DNA of 64,000 nucleotides from NCBI GenBank assembly GCA_964608675.1, contig CAZSOZ010000002.1:32001-96000 (forward strand). Direction: 5' to 3'. The notes below the pieces were generated by a model. It was given only the letters and a program-made list of their open reading frames with translations. It was not told where the DNA came from and made no database searches. The DNA comes from an uncultured archaeon (GTDB lineage: Archaea; Iainarchaeota; Iainarchaeia; Iainarchaeales; 1-14-0-10-31-34). A program made the translations under genes and the position numbers. Below are positions 1-8,753 of the stretch, piece by piece. Numbering within the stretch: the stretch's first letter is position 1; every line of letters starts with the position of its first letter.

Positions 1-17
1 CAAGTACTTTTTTTTGC

Positions 18-830
18 TCATTTTTTCGCCATTTCTTCTGTTTTTATGAACTCTATTTTCGCTGCGTCAAATAATTCTTCTGCTTCACTCAAAAGAATTG
101 AATGAACTGCTTTCTTTTCGTCTCTTTCAGCCCTGTAAACACCAAAAAATTCTTCAACTTTTTTTTCTTTAAATCCGTGACTTTTAATCACTTCCTTAAC
201 CCCTTTGTTTGAGAATTCCTTGTTTTTTAGATAGCATTGCAGTAAGTAAAGCCCTTTTAACCTCAGAATAAGAGAATAAACAACTGCATTGGAATCCAGA
301 TGCTTTTTTCCTCTTTTTTTTCCTGCTTTAATTAATTCTTTAACATTCTTGAAAGCAGTTAAGGTAGAAGAAAAAAATTCATTAAAATCAGGCTTAACTT
401 TTTCTTTTTTTAATTCTTCCAAAAGAGATTTATTAAAAACAGGTTTTGCTTCCCTTAAAATCTGATGCAAAAACAGAGTTGAATCCTTTTTTAATCCATC
501 CAAAAACTCTTTTTTTGTTTTAACCAGAAAATCAAACCTTCCTTTTTTCTTTAAATCAATTTTTTTGTCTGAAATAACCAGTAAATCTATATCTGATTCC
601 TTTGTTTGTTCTTTTCTTGCAAAGCTTCCAAAAAGGTAAATCCCCTGGATTTCGCTGAAAAAAGGCTTAAGCAATTCCATTACTTCTCCTTTTACATCTA
701 AAGGCTTTTCCTCTAAAACCACAAGAACTTTTTTTCCAATCCATTTTTTTGGAGTATACACAATGCTTCCGTTCCCAAAAGGAACAACCTCTTTTTTCAC
801 TTCCTCCAAAACATTAATTGTTCTAATCAT
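18..830 (-). CDS. DUF2080/AbrB-like N-terminal domain fused to a minimal nucleotidyltransferase (MNT) and a helical C-terminal domain
   Basis: N-terminal VVPFGNGSIVYTPKKWIGKKVLVV resembles DUF2080; YLFGSFAR...SDIDLLV is the Pol-beta NTase GS/DxD motif. Confidence 0.75.
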   Translation of the reverse strand: MIRTINVLEEVKKEVVPFGNGSIVYTPKKWIGKKVLVVLEEKPLDVKGEVMELLKPFFSEIQGIYLFGSFARKEQTKESDIDLLVISDKKIDLKKKGRFDFLVKTKKEFLDGLKKDSTLFLHQILREAKPVFNKSLLEELKKEKVKPDFNEFFSSTLTAFKNVKELIKAGKKRGKKHLDSNAVVYSLILRLKGLYLLQCYLKNKEFSNKGVKEVIKSHGFKEKKVEEFFGVYRAERDEKKAVHSILLSEAEELFDAAKIEFIKTEEMAKK

Positions 831-850
831 AGTATATACAAGTATATACC
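831..850. promoter_or_regulatory. Tandem palindromic operator candidate (GTATATAC x2)
   Basis: AGTATATACA AGTATATACC directly upstream of the 830 start codon, 10-bp period. Confidence 0.5.
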
Positions 851-1191
851 AAATTGTTTTTAAATCTTCTCCTGTTTAACCTGTCATAAATTAGCATAAA
901 AATCTTTTCCAAAGGCAATCAGCGAAATGCCAGTTAATTGATTGGAGTAAGTTTAGGCTCCTTGAAAAATTTATAAGTATATCATTATACTGATATATTT
1001 TGTCTAATTTTATATCAGTTTAATGAAGAAGTTTTTTAAAGCTTTAAGTTAATTAAATCTGCTGATGGCTTGCCTAAAAATAATTTTGAAAAAAAAGATG
1101 TTCGACTGAAAGTCGTGCGTTTTTTGTTCAACCTTTTTTTGTAAAAAGGTTGGTTAACGCATTGGAAAGTCAAATGATTATAAAGAGCTCT

Positions 1192-4160
1192 TGAGTTTTT
1201 AGTAACAGTCAACTTAACATGTCGCCGTAGCTTCATGCTTACATTTCTGTCCTATCAAACCAGTGTTCTACTGGAACTCTCACTCCTATTCCTTTTGCCC
1301 CGCAAGACAAAAGTCGTCAGAGATGACTGACTCTTTTCAGGGACCGTTTCAAGCTTAGATGCTTTCAGCTTTTATCGGTTCCGGCGTGGCTACCCAGCAA
1401 CTGCCTTGTCAGACAACTGGTACACTAGAGGCCAGGACTCCACGTTCCTCTCGTACTTATGGAATCTTCCCCTCAGTCAATCGACATGTCCGATAGATAG
1501 GATCCAAACTGGCTCGCACCGTTCTTAACCCAACTAACGTAAGGCTTTAATGAGTTAACACCTCCACCCTTGGCAGCTTATGCACTGCCAGGATGCCTTG
1601 AGACGACGGCGAGGTCGCAAACCGCGGGGTCGATATGAGCTCTTGCCCGCGACCACTCAATTACCCCCAAGATAAGTTCACTGTTAGACTAGGCCCCCAT
1701 TAACAGGGACACTAGCGTTCGCTAGACCCATCTTTCGATTCGGCTTTACTTGCTGTGCGTAAAACCGTCAAGCGTGCTTTTGGTCTTACCCTCTATGGAG
1801 AATTTCTGACTCTCCTGAGCACACCTTTGGGCACCCCTGATACCCTTTCAGGGGTGTACCGCCCCAGTCCAACTACCCATCTAATGCTGTCCTCTTTCAA
1901 GTTAGAAGTATGCTTTCCTAAGGATGGTGTTACATTGACGTCTCCACAATTCCTGACGAAACTGCTTCGAAGACTACCATCTACTCTGTACATAGAAAAC
2001 CATACCACAACATCAAACTGTAGTAAACCTCTGTGGGGTCTTCTCTTCCCATCGGACATTCGAGGCATATTCACCTCGCAGTGAGTTCATTGGGCCCAAA
2101 TTAGGGACAGTGGGAATCTCGTTACTTCATTGGTGCAAGCCGGCATTAAACCGGCAAGGTATTACGCTACCGTGAGAGCCTCAGAGTTAGGCCCGCTCTT
2201 CACCAGCGCTTAGCTCCATTGAACTGAAGTTTAACGTACTGGCAGTGAGCAGAAGTCAGCCTCTATACAAACCATTACTGGCTAGCAGAGACCTGTGTTT
2301 TTGTTAAACAGTCGGACTCCCTTTGTCATTGAAACCTGCAATTTACTCAATCGCAGGCACCCCTTATACCTAAGATACAGGGCTAATTTGCCGAATTCCC
2401 TTAATTTGGTTCTCCCAACACGCCTAGGCCTTTTCAGCCAGGGGCACTCTTCCTAGTTCTTGGTACGGTTACATGAAATCCATTTTAGTTCCCTTTTTAC
2501 GAAACCCAGGCCTCAATTAAAGGTTTCCCCTATTTCTAAATTTAATCTGTTTCTCACCATTACAGTTCTCCACAGATTTATTTTAGTTGAATGCACAGAC
2601 AAATGCACTTAATTTAGCCTGAGCTGTTAGAAACTAAACTATCGTTGCCGAAAGTATTCATGCAGTACAGGAATATGAACCTGTTTCCCTTTCGTTCACG
2701 TCGATTTACGAGTGACCTTAGGACCGACTAACCCTTAGCTAATGATTAGCGCTAAGGAACCCTAGCCCATTCGGCGGAAAGAATTCTCATCTTTCTATTG
2801 TTATTACTAGCGCGAGGATCCATATTCATAATAGATCCACAAGAAATTTCTCTCTTGCTTCTACTCTACTATGACACCCCCCTACTCCATTTATTCTTAC
2901 GAATAAGGATATGGTATCGGCAGCTGGTTTTAGCCCAGTGAATTTTCAAGACCTTTATTCTAGGTAGGTGAGCTGTTACGCACTCTTTAAAGGATGGCTG
3001 CTTCTAAGCAAACCTCCCTACTGTATTAGAATAAAGATACTTTTCGTATTTACACTTAACCAGCATTTGTGGGCCTTAACCATATTTCAGGTTGTTCCCT
3101 TCTTGGAACAAGGGCTTACCCCTTGCCCCCTACTCCGGCCTTCAAAGACATTTATAGATTTGGAGTTTGACGAAAAAGCTGGAAGTTTCCAACCAGTACT
3201 TTCTAATCAGTATCTCGACACCATAAATTATCTCCAGCCAGGCTAGCCTTAGGGCTAATTCGAGAGGAGCCCGCTATGGCCGCGTTCGATGAGCATTTAA
3301 CTACCACTCCCAGATCACCAAAGTAGATAGACTAACACTTGTTGCGAACCTCCACCATCCGGTAGGACGGCTTCATTCTGTCCAGGAGTAACTCACGCGG
3401 ATTCGGGTTTTGCCCCAGTGACTAAAGCAGTTTAATACTTTCAATCTCATCTAAAAGACTGCATTGACTCGCTTTCGCTGTGATTTCAAGGTTAAACCTT
3501 TTAATCTCGCCACAGAGACAATCTCCCTCGCTCGTGATTCAAGACGAACGATATAACGCTGATCAAATTCCTTCGGCAGCAATTTTTCAATTACCTCCTT
3601 TAGGAATCATCTTTTCTTTAACGCTATATCTTGCTGTAACCAGTTAGTTTCAAGCGCTTTTAACCCCCTGTCAAGGGTACTTTTCAACTTTCCTTCGCAG
3701 TACTAGTATGCTATCGGTCTTGAGTAGTATTTAGAATTGGAAGTTAATGCCTCCCAAGTTCACGCGCAATATTCAATGCACGCTACTCTTGAAAACGAAA
3801 AATCATCCTTTTAAATTTTTTATTTACGAGGCTATCACTCTCTATGGCACTGCTTTCCAGCAGACTTCAATTAAATTTTAAGGATGTAAATCGCTCAACA
3901 CCACATCTCCTTAATATTACTATTAAGGATTCAGTTTGTTCTCTTCTGCCTTCGATCGACTCTAATAACAGAATCATATTCATTTTCTTTTCCTTCAGGT
4001 ACTAAGATGATTCAGTTCCCTGAGTATGCCTTTCCTTTCGGAATAATTCAGGAATCCCTGGCTCAAAGATTGCATTGCATCTCCCCAAGGCTTATCGCAG
4101 CTTGCCACGCCCTTCATCAGCACTCAAGCCTAGTTATCCACTAACTGGCGTAATAACTCT
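1192..4160 (-). rRNA. rrl: 23S rRNA (archaeal)
   Basis: Sarcin-ricin loop AGUACGAGAGGAAC, P-loop, and 5' region ttatcgcagcttgccacgcccttcatc on the + strand; about 2970 nt, ends approximate. Confidence 0.97.
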
Positions 4161-4448
4161 TTATATCCGATTGACTTTCCAATGCATCAACCGTCACGCC
4201 CGGTTGACGTGCGCGCAGTATCTTCGCTTTCGCTCGATACAGCTTACTCGCCAATGGCCGTTTATAACGATTGCTTCCCCCAAGAAAAAACTCCTGGAGT
4301 GCGTTAACATCACAATAATTTTGTGAACATGATTTTAGTTTGAATTTCAATTTATTTTTTCGTTATTTGAATTCCAAACCAAATTTATCAGAAACTTTTC
4401 GAAGAAAAGTTTCTTTTTTTTGATACAACTTTTTTAAAAAAAGTTGTT

Positions 4449-4522
4449 TGGACTCAACGGGATTCGAACCCGTGGCCTCCTGGTTGCAAACCAGGCGCTC
4501 TACCAAGCTGAGCTATGAGCCC
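4449..4522 (-). tRNA. tRNA-Ala(TGC) in the ITS
   Basis: GGGCTCATAGCTCAG...CCTGG TT TGC AA CCAGG...GTTCGAATCC...TGAGTCCA; G3:U70 identity pair. Confidence 0.97.
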
Positions 4523-4754
4523 AAAAAGCTGTCACGTCCAGCTTGCATACGGGTACAATCTTCGCTTAAGCCTTTGCAAGCAAACGCTTGCGAAAACAAG
4601 GGATGAATCCCTCCAGCTCGATTGAGCTGTTATCCAGCTTTGTCCATTAAAAAAAAATTGCAGTAAATGAACCTTAAAAAAGGCAAATTTTTTTTGAACC
4701 TGTTTTGGTTCCGATACTTCCAAAAGAAATACCGGAACCTTAGGTTCTAATTGA

Positions 4755-6240
4755 AGGAGGTGATCCGTCCGCAGGTTCCCCTACGGACACCTTGTTACAA
4801 CTTAGCCCGCTTTGCAGAAACTAGAATAACTTTAAGCAAGAACTTAAAGTTCATCCAGACCCCACTTAGCTGGCTTGATGGGCGGTGTGTGCAAGGCGCA
4901 GGGACTTATTCACCGGAAGATAATGACTTCCGATTACTGGGGATTCCAACTTCATGAGGCCGAGTTACAGACCTCAATCCGAACTGAGGTTAAGTTTAAG
5001 AGATTGCCTTGCCCTTTCGGGTTTGGAGCCCATTGTCTTAACCATTGTATGCCGCGTGTTGCCCAGGAGATTCGGGCCATACTGATCTACCGTTGCCCAC
5101 TCCTTCCTCGAAGTTACCTCCGCGGTCTTTATAGAGTGCTCCCGCTAAAAACGAAATAGCAACTATAAATGTGGGTCTCGCCCGTTGCCTGAGTTGACAG
5201 GACGCTTCATAGTACGAGCTGACGATGACCATACAACACCTCTCAGCGCGTCAGGAAAGCCCTTCAGACTGTCCATCATTCTGCTGTCACCCCTGGTGAA
5301 TTATCTGGCGTTGTATCCAATTGAACCGCAGCATCCACCCCTTGTAGTGCGCCCCCGCCAATTCCATTAAGTTTCAGCCTTGCGACCGTACTTCCCAGGC
5401 GGCAGACTTAACGGCTTCCCTTCGGCACCCCTACAGCCTGTAGCTGCTAGGACACCTAGTCTGCATCGTTTACGGCTGGGACTAACCGGGTATCTAATCC
5501 GGGTCGATCCCCCAGCTTTCGTTTCTCACCGTCAGGCCCGTTCTAGTCAAACGCCTTCGCTACTGGTGGTCCTCCTAAGATCATAGCATTTCACCGCTAC
5601 CTCAGGAATTCCTTTGACTTCTCCCGGCCTCGAGTCTAAGAGTATTCTTGGCACGCCTACAGGTTAAGCCTGCAGATTTCACCAAGGACTTTTTAGACCG
5701 GCTACAAACGCTTTAGGCCCAATATTAGTGGACACAACTTATGGAGTACGTATTACCGCGGCGGCTGGCACGTATCTTACCCTCCATTTATTCGCATAAC
5801 GTTTTAAATTATGCAAAAGCAAGCAAAGCTTGCACTTGAAATCCCCCTATCACGCTTTCGCGCATTGTAGAGAATTCGCAACTGCTGCACCCCGTAGGGC
5901 TAGGGACCTTATCTCAGTTCCCTTCTCCGGGCTCCCTCTCTCAAGGCCCGTATGGATCTTGGGCTTGGTGGGCAGTTACCCCGCCAACAACCTAATCCAC
6001 CGCAGTCCCGTCTTCAAGCGAATTGCATGCATGAATGCAATCCCTTTAGGCAATTAAATCTTCCAATATTAATTGCTTATAGAGCATTAGTCCCAGTTTC
6101 CCGGGGTTTACTCTTCTTAAAGGTAGGTTGACTACGTGTTACTGAGCCGTCCGCCACAGTCCATCATAGCATGAACTGTAAGACTTGCATGTTTGAGTCG
6201 GATTTCAATAGCAGTGTCCGCCAGCAGGATCAGCTGGTAT
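4755..6240 (-). rRNA. rrs: 16S rRNA (archaeal)
   Basis: 3' anti-SD GGAUCACCUCCU, 515F site GUGCCAGCCGCCGCGGUAA, 5' AUACCAGCUGAUCCUGCUGG; about 1486 nt. Confidence 0.97.
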
Positions 6241-6554
6241 CTTCACTAATATCCTTGTCGCTTTTTTTAGTTAAAAACTGAATGGAATTGTTTTGCACTT
6301 TTTTAAGGTTTAAACCTTTAAAAAAGGTTTTTTCATTTACTACATCAGATTCAAAAAAACTTGAATCCTCATTTTTTGTCTGCCGTAAAAAAAAATCACG
6401 GTAGACACTTATGTTTGTTGCATGAAATTCATCGGAATCCAAAAAAGTGAATTCCTCTTTACGCGCATAAAGGAGGCGATAAAAAATTTGTTTTTGGCAA
6501 AAAAATTAAAACAGAAAATTACAATTTTTCTGCCTATATAATAGGGTCTTATAT

Positions 6555-6570
6555 TATTTATAAAGCTTTC
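6555..6570 (-). promoter_or_regulatory. rRNA operon promoter (BRE + TATA)
   Basis: Minus strand GAAAGCTTTATAAATA about 320 nt upstream of the 16S. Confidence 0.55.
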
Positions 6571-6615
6571 TGTGATTGATTTTTTTGTTTGTTGAATTAT
6601 TTTTTTTGTGGTTAA

Positions 6616-7545
6616 ATGAATTTAAAAGCATATTTTGATTTAGTCAGGCCTTTAGAATGGAGCAAGACTTTTGGAAACATGGTTTTTGGCTATTTGATTG
6701 CATTATTTGTTTCTGATGGTTTTGTTGTTTTTTCTAATTTTGATTTTTTTTTGTTTTTAACTGCATTTATTGCTGTTGGGCCTTTTTTGTGGGGGGGCCT
6801 TTATGCTTTAAATGATTTAACTGATTTTCATAACGATAAAAAGCATTCAGTTAAATCTTCAAGACCTTTGGCTTCAGGGAAAATTTCAGAAAAAAATACT
6901 TTTATTTTTTCTTTGATTTTAATTTTTTTGTCTTTGTTGACTGGATTTTTTTTCTTTGTTTTTTTGAATAACTTTCTTTTTCTTTTTTGTCTTCTGGCAA
7001 TGCTGTTCAATCAAATTTTGTATACTGTTAAACCTTTTCGGTTTAAATCTCTTCCATTTCTTGATTTAATTTCTGGTTCTGTAATTAATCCTTTTTTTCG
7101 TTTTTATGCAGGCTGGGTTCTTGTTTTTCAATCTTTTAATGCGCCTTTATTGATTTTAATTTTTGTTGTTGGAATCCAGTTTGCAGGTTTTGCTTTATAC
7201 AGATTGAATTCAAGAGGGCATGAAAAAGAATTGGGATACAAAAGTTCTATTGTTGTTTTTGGAGAAAAAAAAATTTTGTTTGTTTCTTATGCTGTTGGTT
7301 TAATTGCAGTTTTTTCTTTTGTTTTGATGACTTTAACTAAATGTTTTTTTCCTGACTTAATTTTTTTGGGAACTCTTCCATCCAAGTTTTTGTGGCTGGT
7401 GGTTTTAAGTATTATTTTACTTCCTTTATATTTGCAGGCTTTAAGCGACCCCCAAAAAATGGATATCAAAAAAATGCACAGAATAATGTACTTTCATAAT
7501 CTTGCATTCATTTTTGGCTTTATCTTATTGTTTTTCATTAACTAA
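6616..7545 (+). CDS. UbiA-family prenyltransferase (membrane)
   Basis: LVRPLEWSK; YALNDLTDFHND Asp-rich motif; RPLASGKIS; many TM helices. Confidence 0.85.
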   Translation: MNLKAYFDLVRPLEWSKTFGNMVFGYLIALFVSDGFVVFSNFDFFLFLTAFIAVGPFLWGGLYALNDLTDFHNDKKHSVKSSRPLASGKISEKNTFIFSLILIFLSLLTGFFFFVFLNNFLFLFCLLAMLFNQILYTVKPFRFKSLPFLDLISGSVINPFFRFYAGWVLVFQSFNAPLLILIFVVGIQFAGFALYRLNSRGHEKELGYKSSIVVFGEKKILFVSYAVGLIAVFSFVLMTLTKCFFPDLIFLGTLPSKFLWLVVLSIILLPLYLQALSDPQKMDIKKMHRIMYFHNLAFIFGFILLFFIN

Positions 7546-7602
7546 AATAAAATAAAAAAGAGAATAAAAAGGGGAAGAATAATAAAAAAAAGAGTTAATT
7601 AT

Positions 7603-7734
7603 TCAGGTTGTCTTTCTTTTCTTCAAATATCTTTTTTTGCGTTTTTCTTTGCGCATTTTCTTTTTTTTCCATTTCCATCTTTCTCTGGCTTTGGTTTTTT
7701 TAAATCTGCTTGTATCTTTGCTTCTAGTTCCCAT
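7603..7734 (-). CDS. rpl41e: Ribosomal protein eS32 (formerly eL41), 43 aa, absent from the ORF track
   Basis: MGTRSKDTSRFKKTKARERWKWKKKKMRKEKRKKRYLKKRKTT; RWKW-poly-basic core; SD AGGTGA upstream. Confidence 0.75.
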   Translation of the reverse strand: MGTRSKDTSRFKKTKARERWKWKKKKMRKEKRKKRYLKKRKTT

Positions 7735-7896
7735 TAATTCACCTAAAAAATAAGTTTTAAGTAGAATAAAAATAGGCTGTGGAAGTATTTAAATAATTTA
7801 TGCCAAAAATAACTGGTTTTTTTTGTCTTACAGTTAAATTTTTAGATGATTACTTTTAATAATTTATAAAAATCCAATTTATTGATTTGTGATAAA

Positions 7897-8141
7897 ATGG
7901 ATTCCAAAGTATTAAAGGAAACTGAATCAGTTTGTTCTGTTTGTTTAAAATTTAATTTCTGTTAAAATTGTTGAAGAAAACAACAAAATTTTTTTAAAAA
8001 AAATGCAAAGAATACGGTTTTTTTAAGGAAATTTATTGGAATAATGCTAATTTATTCAAAAAATTTTCTGATTTTGAAGCAGTTCATTCAAAAGGATACA
8101 GGGATGAAATAGAAAAAGCTAATGTAAAACCTTTAAAATAA
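7897..8141 (+). pseudogene. Relic of a tetraether lipid synthase (Tes/MJ0619-like) radical SAM gene
   Basis: With two frameshifts reads MDSKVLKETESVCSVCLK/ISVKIVEENNKIFLKK/CKEYGFFKEIYWNNANLFKKF...YRDEIEK; resembles the Tes N-terminal metal domain joined to a C-terminal-like tail, rSAM core absent. Confidence 0.6.
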
Positions 8142-8144
8142 AAA

Positions 8145-8699
8145 TTATTTTTTGATTGTTTTGCCTGCAAAAGCAAGGCTTCCGCCAATGGACGCAGTTA
8201 TGAATTGAATTAAACCCATAGGCACCAAAAAAACTGCCGGCACAATCCCTAAAAAAACCAAAAAAAGTGTGGCTGAAAAAATGAAAACTGATTTAATTAT
8301 TCCTGCAGTTATAACTGAAACAAAATAATTGATTTTGTTGACTAAATTAAAGTTTTTAATGAAATAAACAAATAATGCGTTCCCTATCCAAATGAAAGGC
8401 ATTAAATAAACTAAAAACAAGGTGAATGAACTAAAAATTATTCCTGAAATCACTGCGCCTACTGCAGGAAGCAGTATTACTGGAAGGCTTTTTTTAAAGC
8501 TTAAATACATTGCGCTTGACGCCAGAAAAAAATTCACTATGCTTCCAATAATTATCTGGTTTTGAAACTGAACATGGTTTAAAATAATTGGAATAAAAAA
8601 AACTGAAAAAGCAAGAATTAAGAGAAGCTGGTTTTCTGATTTAAAAATTGATTCATATTTTTTTTTGTTTGTTTTTTCAAAACTGTATTCAAATTTCAT
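8145..8699 (-). CDS. ECF transporter S-component-like membrane protein
   Basis: 184 aa, about 6 hydrophobic helices, NQIIIGSIVN...PFIWIGN...QFITASIGG. Confidence 0.65.
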   Translation of the reverse strand: MKFEYSFEKTNKKKYESIFKSENQLLLILAFSVFFIPIILNHVQFQNQIIIGSIVNFFLASSAMYLSFKKSLPVILLPAVGAVISGIIFSSFTLFLVYLMPFIWIGNALFVYFIKNFNLVNKINYFVSVITAGIIKSVFIFSATLFLVFLGIVPAVFLVPMGLIQFITASIGGSLAFAGKTIKK

Positions 8700-8753
8700 A
8701 TTAAATTAAAAACCAGCAAAGCCTTAAAAACATATTTTCTTTTTCTTTTATTC

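Noticed and set aside
850-1190. 5S rRNA downstream of the 23S
   Set aside because: No 5S-like sequence is visible; it is presumably elsewhere in the genome
1192-6240. rRNA introns or homing endonucleases
   Set aside because: Both rRNAs are of ordinary length and contain no long insertion or LAGLIDADG-like ORF
1036-6442. Many 60-110 aa ORFs on both strands across the rRNA operon
   Set aside because: They overlap 16S, 23S or spacers and are chance ORFs in GC-richer RNA genes
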